NCBI RefSeq assembly: GCF_006345805.1
Contig: NC_043011.1
Location: 20,038,464 to 20,102,463 of the forward strand
From: Octopus sinensis
Taxonomy: Eukaryota
DNA length: 64,000 bases
Reading direction: 5' to 3'
In this document: positions 13,396-26,680 of the stretch, piece by piece
Layout of the letters: every line of letters begins with the position of its first letter
How positions within the stretch are numbered: position 1 is the stretch's first letter
Translations under genes and position numbers: made by a program
Notes under the pieces: generated by a model
The model's database searches: none
What the model saw: the letters and a program-made list of their open reading frames with translations, nothing else
Told to the model about the DNA's origin: nothing

Positions 13396-14270
13396 GTATA
13401 TATGTATATATATATGTATATATTTTTTAGTCAGTATAAATCCTATGTCCCTAAGGAAACTATTCGGTTCACCTTGATTATCTCACTTCCATTTCGTAAT
13501 ATATAATTAACATAAGATATTTTTACCTAACTAATTAACCTTTATCCGCGGCTAGTAAATATTATTTCCAACAAATCCTATATTTTAATTCATTAATAAC
13601 AACTCACTATCTATGAAATCTGAATAATTTACTCTTCTAAATCACCTCTCTTCATATTATTAAATTACCTTCTACTAAACCTACGAATACCTTTCCTCTT
13701 TGATTTCTCCTCTTCCATTTTTCCTAGTACATATTTTGACCCCTAATATACTCGCTTGATTAATAAGACTTTTTCCCCCAGCTAATAAGTATTATGCCTA
13801 CTCATAATAAGTGATAGACTTTTCTCTAAATTGAATAAATTTTAGATTTATATTTTTTCCTTTAATCCAACGTGTCAAAGTACTCGAAACCTATAGGCTG
13901 ATTGTTGTGTTGGTGTGCATTGGTTTTATAAGGTCTCTGCATTCTCTGTGAGTGTCATTGTGACTACTTGACATTGACCTAGTTCTCCTAACGCCAAATC
14001 TGTTCACCAAATAGTAGTAATTGGCGTTGTAGTGTGACAATTCTTTTCTCTACATAAATTTATTTATATGGAACTCTGACATCTCTGTCACCCCATTTCT
14101 AAAAATAGAAAATCTTTGTTGTCTCCTTTCATTTGTCCTTTCCTCTCAGAATCTTACAGTGGTTCGGAACAAATGAATTTTAGTCAGTCCACTACCTCAA
14201 ATGTTCTTAAAATTTAAATCCACATATTTGTCTATAATGTTAACACATGATATGAAAATTATGTATTAAT

Positions 14271-14387
14271 GGAAAACCTCTGTTAATGGCTGATGAGTGC
14301 TCAGCATTTTAAAAGTGTTGTAATACTTACAACATTTAATAAATTGATGTAGTGCCAAACGATCGTACCAAGTTACCGGAGTTTTTC
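14271..14387 (+). ncRNA. Type I hammerhead motif with G12->C core mutation
   Basis: tgg-CTGATGA-gtgct...agtgc-CAAA-cgatcg-TA-cca. Long stem II hairpin (tgttgtaa/ttacaaca). Stem I is extended by gaaaacctctgttaa/ttaccggagtttttc. Confidence 0.7.
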
Positions 14388-14404
14388 TTCTTGCTTATTT
14401 TGAG

Positions 14405-14438
<34 letters not shown>

Positions 14439-14460
14439 TGTATACATATATATATATCAT

Positions 14461-15181
14461 AAGTACTCAATACATACAATATACAATAGGGGTGTTCACT
14501 TACATTTTTAATATAGGAAACACTCCGTCACTATAGTGAGTCTTGTAGATGCGTTAGTCATACTGACTTAAATTTGAATTGTTGGACTTCATCTCATGTA
14601 GCAGCACTTTTCCTATCTTCAGCACTATGTTCATTATTCCGGAGATAGAAATGGCAACAATCGCTTCATATTCACATGAAATGGCAAAACCAAGCATATT
14701 GTTTATCCTGCTGCTTAATAGTAATCCCCAAATGTCACACTGATACCAAATTCTCCGTGATACTCGTGATATAAATCTGAGATGGTAAGATACCAATAAA
14801 TGCTTTATTATTATCTCTCCCTTTAGTTTTGGCTCGCAGGCCCAAATAGCACTCCGCAGGAGCTATCTTCAAAGCCCGTACGGAGAGCGGCTTTTAAGCT
14901 AGTGTATAATATTTAACGCAAAAGTTTATACGGTAGTGACATTGATAAAATATATAATATTCGCATACGCCTTATCCAATCAAACATGTAAAATCATTCA
15001 AAACGAAACACACTCGCACACCCCAAAATATATATCAGTGTGTGTTTCTAACAAACGAGAGTAATAAGAACTCAATACATACAATATACAATAGGGGAGT
15101 TCACGTATCATTCTTAATATAGGAAACACTCCGTCACTATAGTGAGTCTTGTAGATACGTTAGTTATACCGACTGAAATTT
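14461..15181. repeat. ~120-bp diverged direct repeats 606 bp apart (pLTR/LTR-like ends)
   Basis: aagtactcaatacatacaatatacaatagggg...ggaaacactccgtcactatagtgagtcttgtagat... at 14461 and ~15066. Confidence 0.8.
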
Positions 15182-15865
15182 AGAATATCAGTCATTTTGA
15201 AGAAGGTTAACGATAGATTCCGATATGTGAATATGTATATGTGAATAAGTACATATTTATATATGCACACATCATTGTGCATACGCTTTCGTTTTTCTTT
15301 TAGTGTCATACATCTCCACTGAATATTAGAATAAGAAATAGCGAAAGTTATAAGCCTATTCCACCAGTATACACTTCAACATGTTTGAGTATATCTGTAC
15401 GCACGAGTATTTGATTTATAACACGGTATTGTATAGTAATCTAAATAATGTTCAAAATGAATCCACAAATTCCCTCAACGTCTGTCTTGCCATAATAACA
15501 TCAAGTATTAATATTGCAATATGTGATTCATCAACATTGCCAAACTAAATGAAATCCCAAAGCTAAATACAGTTTTTCATTTCCAGTTTTATCCATTTAC
15601 TGAAAGATCATACACTGCATTATTTAACTGCACCTACAGAATAAATACTGATGGATATTTCTGGAGCCTCCACGTGATCATTTCGTTTGCCAGAAAAAGT
15701 AGTTACACAAGTTTTGATGCACTCCGTCTTGGAGAAAAAGGCGAACATATGATAGGTTCTGTTGTATCTGGATAAATAATTACGCTTAAGAGAAGATAGA
15801 GGATCTGAGCATTCACTAAGGACAGAGCTGGGACTAACCACTAACATAAACAACAGCAATATATA

Positions 15866-16083
15866 CAAGAGCACTCAGAGAGCGCAAACATCCGCCAAGG
15901 CAGCACCAACGTCCTCTCAACGGTTAGCAGGAAATGATTTTTAAAATGAGAATATCTGAAATAAACACGACTGTTCTCACAAACGAGAATACTAAAAATG
16001 AACCCGACCACTCTCAAAAATTAAGTAAAAACCGGAAACATAATCCAGAATCCTTAACCGGTACGGTACCTGATCGATCCCAA
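15866..16083. mobile_element. Fragment of non-autonomous DNA element (Helentron/DINE-1-like)
   Basis: Subterminal tccgccaaggc. The distal part (aatccagaatcctt...gatcgatcccaa) matches 16715-16750 and 45600-45640. Confidence 0.5.
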
Positions 16084-16089
16084 TGGTAG

Positions 16090-16350
16090 TCATGGAATGT
16101 GAAGGTGGGTGTGCGAGCCGTGTTTGTAATGCTGTGTGTGTGTCGTCTGCAGTGTGAACAGGGGCAGTTTCTTCTATGAAGGTTTTTTTTTAGTCTATCC
16201 ACTGATATAGTGTCTTTACGACCATTAAGGTCCGTAGTGAAAAGTTTCTCCATGCGTTAAAGAAAACTGAAAGGACCTGCGTACTGTGCGGCTAAAGGAG
16301 GTTTAACAACATCGTTTCGCACAAAAACGTGAGTTGAGTCCAAGAAGTAA
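16090..16350 (-). mobile_element. Gypsy integrase C-terminal remnant
   Basis: HVFVRNDVVKPPLAAQYAGPFSFL*RMEKLFTTDLNGRKDTISVDRLKK, matching the GPY/F module and VSxDRLK motif. Confidence 0.7.
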
Positions 16351-16559
16351 AGCTTCCTTGAAGGCAGAGCTAGAAATGCAATTGTCAGATAGATAAGAGA
16401 TTTTAAACAGGAGTGATATATTCAAAATTGGTGAAACTAAAAATTGTCGAGGATAAATTAAATTTCTGATTGTAACTGAATATGTTAGTGTTATTTAATT
16501 TCTGAACGGTTTGGCTGCCATTTGTTTATATAGTTTGATTTCTTTATTCATCAGTTTCT

Positions 16560-16905
16560 ACTAAGATTGTCACACAAGTAAAATTAATATAATGAAAAAA
16601 GAAAATAAAACTTTGGAGACAGTAACGCCACCATATATTACGTGGAAACTATGAGCGTACTTACAAGGGAGATAATCAGAGAGCGTAATACTTCATGTTA
16701 GGTAAAGTATAACAAATAATTCAGAATCCTTGTCCGGCACCGGATCCCAAAATGTAATCAGTTCATGCCAGTCACGAAGCCAATTATCTCTGAAAGTTTC
16801 ATCCGAATCCATCAAGCGGTTCGTGAGATATATTGTCCACGGGCAAAACAAACGAGGAAATATGACTGAAAACAATACCTCCGCCTTCGCTCAGGCGGAG
16901 GTAAT
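16560..16905. mobile_element. Non-autonomous DNA element (Helentron/DINE-1-like) with terminal hairpin
   Basis: Ends in acctccgcc-ttcgctc-aggcggaggt. An inverted homologue lies at 45457-45830 and a hairpin remnant at ~24667-24695. Confidence 0.55.
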
Positions 16906-17066
16906 AATAAAAAGAAACAGGTAGCGTGAGTTTTCATACAGTCATTTGACCTGTTTGATACAGGTCTCAAATTTATTTCAAGCTATACTTTACATCATCG
17001 GAGGAAACATTTGCATAATGCAGTTTTAAATGCACAGTACTTGAGAAACCGGTGGTATGATCATAA

Positions 17067-17642
17067 AGGCGGCGAGCTGGCAGGAACGTTAGCGTGCCGG
17101 GCGAAATGCTTAGCGGTATTTCGTCTGTCGTTACGTTATGAGTTCAAATTCTTCCGAGGTCGACTTTGCCTCTCATTTTTTTCGGGGTCGATTAAATAAG
17201 TCGACCTCGGCGTAATTTGAACTCAGAACGTAGCGGCAGACGAAATACCTATTTCTTTACTACCCATAAGGGGCTAAATACAGAGGGGACAAACAAGGAC
17301 AGACAAACGGATTAAGTCGATTATATCGACCCCAGTGCGTAACTGGTACTTATTTAATCGACCCCGAAAGGATGAAAGGCAAGTCGACCTCGGCGGAATT
17401 TGAACTCAGAACGTAGCGGCACACGAAATACCTATTTCTTTACTACCCACAAGGGGCTAAACACAGAGAGGACAAGCAAGGACAGACGAACGGATTAAAC
17501 CGGTTATATAGACCCTGGTGCGTAACTGGTCCTTAATTTAATGATCCCGAAAGGATGAAAGGCAAAGTCGACCCCAACGGAATTTGAACTCAGAACGTAG
17601 CGGCAGACGAAATACCGCCGATTCTGCCAGCTCGCCGCCTTA
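17067..17642. mobile_element. Two tRNA-derived SINEs tail-to-tail, the second with ~180-bp internal tandem repeats
   Basis: Head ggcggcgagctggcag...gagttcaaatt at 17068 (+) and its reverse complement at 17625-17640 (-). Body motif ggtcgactttgcctttcatcctttcggggtcgat. Confidence 0.85.
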
Positions 17643-18605
17643 AGATAACATATATATACTATCAATTAACAAACAATTCCAGCAATTTATTTTATCAACA
17701 ACATTCTTGAATTATTAATACACAGAGGGCCTCTTGAAAATTCACAATTTGTGCGCAATAGCTTTGATTTCTTTAGTTTCATACATGGTTCTTAACAACC
17801 TGTCATAGATACAATTTTAGCATTGTTCTTCATAAAGATTTTAACAATTTGTACGTGAGTATATTTTTAGTTAGGATGCAATAGATTTAAGAATGCTTTC
17901 CATTAATGTTCAGTATCGTTTGCAGTATGATGTGAATATAGGTCGAACTAATGCAGAGGAGGTGATGTTAAGTTTCCTATAATATTTAACAATGTTACAA
18001 TTTATATTTCCATGTGGAAGCAACTTCTGTTCCATCACCGTGCCAAAGCTGTGCAGAAAGTTATGGTCCGATATAACAACTTTATATTTTTTTACTCTAA
18101 AACTACCCAAAAAATTAATAAAATTCTGAAATTGTTTAGTACTTTCGCCCTGGTTGGACATGCGGTAATTACAAAAGTTGTATGAATAGCAGATGAGATG
18201 GTTTCCATTAAAAATGAGTTAGCAGCAATGTAACAAATACTGACTCTGTAGATAATGAAATAAATCCTACACCTTGAACAACGGAGACAGTGGCCAAGAT
18301 ATGCATTTATAGATGATTTGTCTTTGGGAGACACATTTGGAATATGGACATATGTATATAATTCGTTTAGAGAAACAAAATCAAAGTTACATAATTTATA
18401 AAGAGAGTTTACTGTGGAGTTGCCTACTAGTCTAGAGCTTTTAAATTGCTTAGTGTCAAAAGCTATTATATTTCGTCTACAGACGTTACAAAATTTCTAT
18501 GCACAAAAATACAATAAGTCAAATGGCCACACTCCACTCGCTGATACACATATGAGCATATTGTCACACACACTCACACACATATATATGTATATATATA
18601 TATAT

Positions 18606-18700
<95 letters not shown>

Positions 18701-18757
18701 ATATACATGTATACATTTATTTGTGTATATATATATATTTATACACACATACATATA

Positions 18758-18803
<46 letters not shown>

Positions 18804-18839
18804 TATATATATATACATATATATGGTGTGAAATCTATT

Positions 18840-19480
18840 TCAGAACAAAACTTTCAAATACCATCAGTCGTCCAAGCACTTAACAAAATATCCTCTCATT
18901 TTTCAGCCCCAACATCGAAGCTTCGAATCTAACGTAGACAGGGGAAAATACATGTTCTCTATGCTTTTGTCTCCAACCCAACCAAGGTACTTCTGAGATT
19001 GTAGCCTACTTAAATACCGACATGTCCTTCATGCTTATGATTAGAAAAAGGTCTCCATGCCCCTGGCAGGAATGTGTATTCTCAGGCTAAAAAAAAAATA
19101 GAAACTTCCTCGACGGTCAGGCAAAATTTAAGGCAGCAACCTACATTTGTCAAGCCCTGGAGTGAGAGAGTCGCTTGGGGGAAGTGATACTTATTCCAGC
19201 AGGACAGTCACTGCTCTCACTCTCTCTCTCTCTTTCTCTCAAACAGTGTGCTTGACTCAAGTGTGGATGATCGAACATTCTCATGATCATGTTATTCTTA
19301 AACGCTTGGCCTCTTAGTGAAACCTCCTGGACAAGCAAGCCCACAATTCCAAGGACAGGTTGATAACAGCTTTTGAAAGATATTTTGGGCAACATGAATA
19401 AAGATGATCGGTTCAACGCATTTCATCGTTTTTGAAGCTATCACGGCAGTAATTGACACTGATGGCGGTTATACTAAATA
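18840..19480 (+). mobile_element. Tc1/mariner (maT/DD37D-like) transposase remnant
   Basis: Fragments ...HDHV..., HNSKDRLITA, MNKDDRFNAFHRF and AVIDTDGGYTK* resemble a Tc1-type C-terminus. Confidence 0.45.
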
Positions 19481-19809
19481 GCATTTTTTACGTATATGTA
19501 AGAATATGTGTACCAAATTCTATAAAAATTTTAATAGGTATTCTTAAAGATGCTTTTCTTTCGTTGAATAAAAATTTTGCTTTCGATTAGCTGATCAGCC
19601 AACATATTTCTGAAGACTTCCTATATATATATATAATAATAAATATTAGGGAAAAATCCAAATTTACAGGGAAAAATCAGATTTAGGATTGAATCCAATT
19701 TTATAGTAAAATATTATATAATATTATTAGAGACAGAACCACTATTTTGCAAATCAAACAAGGAAAGACTTAATCAATACATAAAAATTTTAATATAAAG
19801 TAAATAAAG

Positions 19810-19920
<111 letters not shown>

Positions 19921-19922
19921 TA

Positions 19923-20068
19923 TTTCGTCTACCAAATCCACTCACAAGGCTTTGGTTGGCCTGAGCTATAGTAGAAGAACCTTTTCAAAGGTGTCACGCA
20001 GTGGGACTGAACCCGGAAACGTGTGGCTGGTAAGCAAGCTACTTTACCACACAGCCACGCCTACGCCT
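19923..20068 (-). mobile_element. tRNA-derived CORE-like SINE (Octopus OR-type), 5' part
   Basis: Head ggcgtggctgtgtggtaaagtagcttgcttacc...ggttcagtcccactgcg. Homologous to 39849 and 47300. Confidence 0.8.
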
Positions 20069-20083
20069 ATGTGTATATATAAA

Positions 20084-20153
<70 letters not shown>

Positions 20154-20288
20154 ATATATATATATTATATATGTATGCATATATACATATGTATAGATAG
20201 ATAGATAGATAGATATATATATATATATATATGTACATATGTATATATGTACATATGTATATATGTGTGTGTATCTATGTATATGTAT

Positions 20289-20319
<31 letters not shown>

Positions 20320-21169
20320 GAGTGAGTGAGGGCGTGAGGGAGGTAGATAAAGAGAAAGTGAGAGCGTACATGCATACACAGACAGATACGTGCTTATAAA
20401 TATAACTGATAATACATTTGCTGGTGTGTATACGTGAGTGAGATGCAGAAAATATATGTGCGATTTTTATGTGTCTGCGGATAGGACTTTGCGCTCGTGT
20501 AAACATCACTATTTATCTGTCTCTGCCTGGTAAATGCCTATTGACAATATGTCTCAGCGACACACTTAATGGCGACATAATAATACAATATGATGCAGTT
20601 GCCGTTTTCTTTTCAATATCTTGAGGTCACCGACATAACTGTCTGTTTAAAATTACATTACTCTTTACTACACTTTAGCCATGTCTTCGCCAAAGTCATT
20701 TTACAACTTACCTAATGAAGTCCGAAAAGTAATTATTGTTTATTTACTTGTTATTTTTATATGTTTATTTTCCATCATTTTCCTTTTCTATTTTGTTGAT
20801 CTGCGACCATTAGGTTTTTTTGTATTACATTTTTTTACTATTTGATTTCGTTTGATTTTGTTTTTTTTTATTATTCTTATGCTTTTGTGTTTTGTCTTTG
20901 TCAATATGTCATTTCATTTCGTCGAAGGAAACTTGTATAATTCGGTTAGTGTACGTAAAAGTCTCTTGCAAAGATCGCTTGGTTAATAGATTTCCCCGGA
21001 AAATTATATATGTGTATGCGCGTATGTATGTATGTATTTATATGCACATGTATGGATCTATGTACAAGTACGTATGTATACATACAAACACACATACTCA
21101 TATATATATATATATATATATACAAACACTCATACGTGCACACTAACACTCCTATATGTACACACATGC

Positions 21170-21219
<50 letters not shown>

Positions 21220-21262
21220 GCACACACACACAAAATGAGGTATATATTATATAAATACATAT

Positions 21263-21304
<42 letters not shown>

Positions 21305-21376
21305 CATGTACATATATCTGTCTATATACATAAACATATATATGTGTGTATATTTATATATATATGTATATATATG

Positions 21377-21408
<32 letters not shown>

Positions 21409-21451
21409 ATATATGTATGTATGTATGTATATCTATACATACATATGCATT

Positions 21452-21485
<34 letters not shown>

Positions 21486-22131
21486 ATATATATATACATA
21501 TATATTTGAATCTATACATATAGGCATGTGTGTGTGTGCGCACGTGTGTGTGATATTCGTCTCACCTCTCCATATCCTAAGTTCAAATGCTTCCGAAATA
21601 GATTTGACAAATATGCTTTCGAGATCAATGAAATCAGTCAACTATTAAGATCGATTCTTCCCCTATATCTGTATTTGCGTGTATCTTTCTTTGTTTATAT
21701 TGCCTTTCTGTTTCTTTCTTTTTGTCTGTCTGTCTCTCTCTCTCTCTCTTTCCTTATGTCTCTCAATCTCAAACTCTCTTCCTGTCTCCAAGAAACAGCT
21801 CTAGTTTGGCGTCGCGATGTATGTGTTCAAAAACGTTTCAAATTACCAAGTCATGGCATACGACACCAAAATAGGATGAAAATTTAACGGCCCAAAAATA
21901 TAGAAGTATATTAACAACTTTATGTGTGTATGTAAATATGTATATACGTGTATATATATTATATATTATATATATATATATATAATATGTATATATGCAT
22001 ATTTGTATATGTCTGTATATATGTATGAATATATATATATATACATATACATGGGCAGATATACGTACTTATGTAGGTATATATATATATATCAATATCT
22101 ATACATACGTTCATATATGTCTATATATATG

Positions 22132-22296
<165 letters not shown>

Positions 22297-22550
22297 CTAA
22301 TGTAGGATAAACATTTTTTTCGAAAAAAAATGTTATCAATGGCCAGCATATCAGAAAATACCTTTAAAGGTTAAATTTATAAACAGCTAATAAAATAAGG
22401 GCAAAAGAAAAATTCTAATGCCAAATATGCCGAAAAAAAGACAAAATCGTCAATAACCATTATAATGTATGCGTCTCGAAACATGCCGAGACGTATAATT
22501 TTTTTTGGCATATTTGGCATTAAAATTTTTCTTTTGCCCTTATTTTATAA
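22297..22550. repeat. Short hairpin-rich element between (TA)n tracts
   Basis: ~50-bp inverted repeat (22390-22438 vs 22498-22548) plus the hairpins aacattttttt/aaaaaaatgtt and gtctcg/cgagac. Confidence 0.7.
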
Positions 22551-22601
22551 GTTGTATATATATGTGTGTATATATATATATATGTGTGTGTGTTTGTGTA
22601 G

Positions 22602-22700
<99 letters not shown>

Positions 22701-22802
22701 ATAGTACCTCTTTTCCTTCAAATATGAGTTAAAATAGCTCAAATACCACAAAAACACTGAAACTGTTGTCTAACAAAGGGAGGTAAGTCCCCAGCGTACC
22801 TT

Positions 22803-22856
22803 GTCGGATCGTGATTTTGATTTTGATGTAGACTATCTTAATCCTCATCCGCAACT
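22803..22856 (-). ncRNA. Degenerate hammerhead (336-bp family)
   Basis: gttg-CGGATGA-ggatt...aatc-AAAA-tcacga-TC-cgac. Confidence 0.55.
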
Positions 22857-23120
22857 TTGAACGCCTACCGTTGAACTCATTTACCTCTGTCAGTATTATA
22901 ACAAAAACCTTTGAAAACATGGTAAAAGTGTAAATAACAAATTATAAACAGTGGCGTACTAGAAATTAGAACCTACAGGCAAAATTAATAGAACTCACGA
23001 AAATGACAGTGTGTACTGACTAGAACCCCTTTTGCTAAAAGTAACAGTTAAAACAACTCAAAAGTCAGAAAAGCACTGAACTTAATGACTGACAAAGGGA
23101 AGTAAATCCCCAGCGTACTT

Positions 23121-23176
23121 AGCTGAATCGCGATTTCGGATTTTGATGTAGACCATCTTAATCCTCATCAGCGAAT
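23121..23176 (-). ncRNA. Hammerhead (336-bp family), core intact, stem I decayed
   Basis: CTGATGA-ggatt...aatcc-GAAA-tcgcga-TT. Confidence 0.7.
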
Positions 23177-23460
23177 CTTGACGCATTGAGTTAAACTCAA
23201 CTATCTCTGTTAGGCTTATAAGAAAAACCGCTGAAAATATGTGCTGCTTTTCAAAACAGTAAGTGTAAAGAACAAATTAAAAAGGGTGGCTTATTAGTAA
23301 TTAGAACCTCTATAAAGTTTGCCTTTAGGTCCTAATTGCCAATAAGCCACAATTTTTTTAATTTGTTGTCTACTATTTTAACGTTTTGAAAATTAACACG
23401 TTTTCAACGTTTTTTCTTATACGACTGACAGAGGTAGTTGAGATTAACCGTAGGCGTTAA

Positions 23461-23517
23461 GAGTCGCTGATGAGGTTTAAGAAGGTCTATATCAAAATCC
23501 GAAATCGTGATCCATCT
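23461..23517 (+). ncRNA. Hammerhead (336-bp family), core intact, stem I decayed
   Basis: gagtcg-CTGATGA-ggttt...aatcc-GAAA-tcgtga-TC. Confidence 0.7.
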
Positions 23518-23694
23518 ATGTACGCAGGGGATTACCTCCCTTTGTCAGTCATTAAATTCAGTGCTCCTGTGGCTTTTGAGTTGTTTTAACTCTTACTTTT
23601 AGCAAAAGAGGTGCTAGTCTGTACCCATTGTCACTTTTGTGACCGCTATTAATTTTGCCTTTAGGTTCCAATTGCTAATCTATTTGATCTGTTG

Positions 23695-23774
<80 letters not shown>

Positions 23775-24949
23775 ATAGAGAGAGAGAGACATATATAGAT
23801 ATATAGATATGTACTATTTTATTGAAGACAAAAGAATTGCACAAACTGTTTCACATGTCCTTTAGTCAGACATTTGAGATGATACTGAATAATAATTTTT
23901 TAAAAATTTGTTTGTATATATAATGTTTTGCACATACTAGGTAATGTTTAATCATTTAAATTTAATTAGGTAAAATGGCTAAGTGGCTACCAGTGTCAGT
24001 TGACAGTAGCGGGGAGATAAATATAATCAATAGCTGAATCCAAACACTTTTCGTGAAAACAGGTGAGGAGGTGTATGAAATATAATAGACTACGTCAAGA
24101 AGTAAACTTTGCATATGATTAAAATGAATATATAATAAATAAGCCAAACGAGGAAGGATGAATTGAAATTAAAATTAAAATTAAAGATTTAAAGGCGATA
24201 GTTGAGATTAAGAAAAGTGAACAAATAAAAGTGCACTCTTCATAAAAGGAGGAAAAAACGGAACAAAATAGTGAAGGAAAATAGAAGAGAAAAAAGAAAA
24301 GTAAGGAAATAAAGAGTCGAGGCGTAAATAAAAGCGTAAATAAAAGTGATAAGGTAAAAGTGGTGAAATGACAATGCTACATATATAAAAAGAAATGTTT
24401 TGGTGTATATGATGGTTCGAAATGGTGAATGCTAGATAATAGAAAAATTGTGGGCGAAATATGTGAAAGAGTATAAATAACATGTAAATTAAAAGAGTAA
24501 AAAACAAAGCACGAATACAGTTAAAGTAAAAAATGAATTATAGATACTTTGTTTCTGAGAGATTGGAATTATGTCATAGTTGCAACGTTCAAAATGGGCA
24601 GATGGTATGTGCAAAACTTCATAAATGTGGAACCAGTTGATGGATGAATAATAACATTACGTAATAACGGCTTCCTTCGTCAGGCGGAGTAATTGGGAGA
24701 TAAGCAATCTTCCAATTTCTCCTCTTGACATAACGCAAGTTTCTCTAGGCATCCATTTATTAGTTGCATATCCATAAAAGAAAATGTGGGCGAAACACAG
24801 TGTTAAATGTCAACAAAAACCAAATTATATATAATTTTGAAAGGTCGATTATGTTTGACGAAGCTTAAATTGATTATCCATAAGAAATATTCTAGCAACA
24901 CAGAAGGAACCTAGATAAGTGTTTCAGAAATTTGGGAGCTCCATCTTGT

Positions 24950-25800
24950 GATTTAATACATATTTTTTTTAGAATACTCTAAAGTACGTTCTTGCTCAAA
25001 CGCAACGGACATATAGAATTTGGGTACGATGTATGCCTGTAAGTGTTAGCATTCTCAAAAATAGACCAATGTCCCTTCAATGGGACAGAGCGGTTTTCTT
25101 TTAATTGCCATACTCGCTTAACTTTGGTCGTTGCCTAATTTCTCTGTGAGTGAAGTTTCATTTTGAAGATATTTTTTGTTGCAGCAGTATAAGTTTCATA
25201 TGTAGAGGTGCTGGCAATCTATACCTTAGCTCTATATACAACGCCTTTAATTAGGCATTTACCGTCTAAAAGATGGCATCCAAGTCTTTAAAATTGCATA
25301 GACGTTCTTCAGCAAATTCGTTCTCTAGTCAGGTTATGCTGGTTGAAAATGGCGTTGTTATGATGGTTAACTAAAGGTACGAAGTTCTTCCAACATGAAT
25401 AGCTGACATTTAACGATCATCTTTTGAAGATTCTGTAATATTTATGATAAATGCTCAGAAACTAAATTTTAAAATCTCCTGCCCATATAAGTTCTAACAC
25501 TAATGATGAATATTTGATTATGCCACAAAACCTTTCTATTATTTTAACAATGACTACTTGTAGATTCGCTCCCACTAGCGATGTAGGTTATCTTCTCAGA
25601 GAATACAGTACTGCACAGTAGATCATTTTCACTCCGGAGGCATCCTTAAATGCTGCCTCAACCGATGACAATGAGGAAATGTGTTTATCTATACTACTCA
25701 ACAAATTCTTAAGCATACGAGGACAGTGGTTTAATTCTGTATTGATGTAGAATAACCTTTTTTTAGGCACGAGGTCCAAAATAAATTATAATAAGGGCAA
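24950..25800 (-). mobile_element. Penelope-like element 3' remnant (RT thumb plus GIY-YIG), decayed
   Basis: YINTELNHCPRMLKNLLSSIDKHISSLSS (SNHPP-like), VSYSC, LDGKCLIKGVVYRAKV, VWQLKEN...WSI...CPL. Confidence 0.65.
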
Positions 25801-26243
25801 CTACCAAGTAATGCCACATGCTAGAATACGCTAATGGCTCTAAAACTATTTCATTTATCACACAGACACGGGCTGGAAGCGACGGAATGAACAAAGAAGA
25901 TTCTTTGAAAAAGTTCAGCCATAGATCGATTTCTGGTTTAGTAATGTAATATAACTTTAACGTCTTCAGTATGACATAACCGAAAGTACATAATTATAAA
26001 CATCTATAAATACCATACAAACACAACGGATCCACAGTGCATTTACAAATGTTCACACTTATATACAAGCTCGTCCATCTCAGCCACTTGTGAATAACCA
26101 AAATAATTCAGCCGCGAATAAATTTGGTTTAAGCGAATTCAGAATCTTATGATATTTATATTTATTCCTCCCGTCGTTCTACCTTTATTCTCTTACTTTT
26201 CTTTCTTTTCTTTACTACTTTCCTTTTCTCTTTGTTATTTTTC

Positions 26244-26562
26244 TGTTGTATAATGAAACTGTACATCCCTCCTGGTAAACTGTGGTAGTAAACAGCCATT
26301 ATAAACAGACAAGTAGCCAGTCGAAGGTCAGAAAGTCAAGAGTACTTGTAGACTGCATTGATAGTCGTGTCTGTTCTGATAGAGTAATACTGATATTCAG
26401 TAGACGTTATATCGATCTAAACTTTTGGGGATAATAACACTGTATGACTGCGGGTTGTGCAGTTGCAGATAGAACCATTCTTCGGAATATAACAATATCT
26501 ATCAGAGTGACAATCCTAGCCAAAACACAGATACTGTAGTGGTAAAAGACTGCTTTACAACA
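26244..26562 (+). mobile_element. 5' LTR of a Gypsy (Mag-like) retrotransposon
   Basis: TGTTGTA...TACAACA inverted termini and an internal TATAAA. Followed directly by GAGGCGACGAGG, a decayed TGGCGACGAGG-type PBS. Confidence 0.8.
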
Positions 26563-26680
26563 GAGGCGACGAGGAAAAACAACTTTACGTGTGGTGAAAA
26601 AAAAAGTAATTCACACGGAGAGTTTAAACTAATCCATGTAGAAAATTTAATACCTCGACAAAAAAAAAAAATCATAAAAT

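Larger units (their letters stand above)
22725..23680. mobile_element. Second HHR-containing non-coding repeat (~336-bp unit), head-to-head array
   Basis: About 1.75 minus-sense units (gtggc...attagaacct at 22950 and 23286), a fold-back near 23312, then one plus-sense unit plus ~25 bp (tttgcctttagg at 23318 and 23654). Three HHR copies. Confidence 0.8.

Noticed and set aside
14527-14545. gactcactatag on the minus strand resembling a T7 promoter (vector contamination)
   Set aside because: TAATAC is missing, and the motif is part of a palindrome in a diverged genomic repeat present twice.
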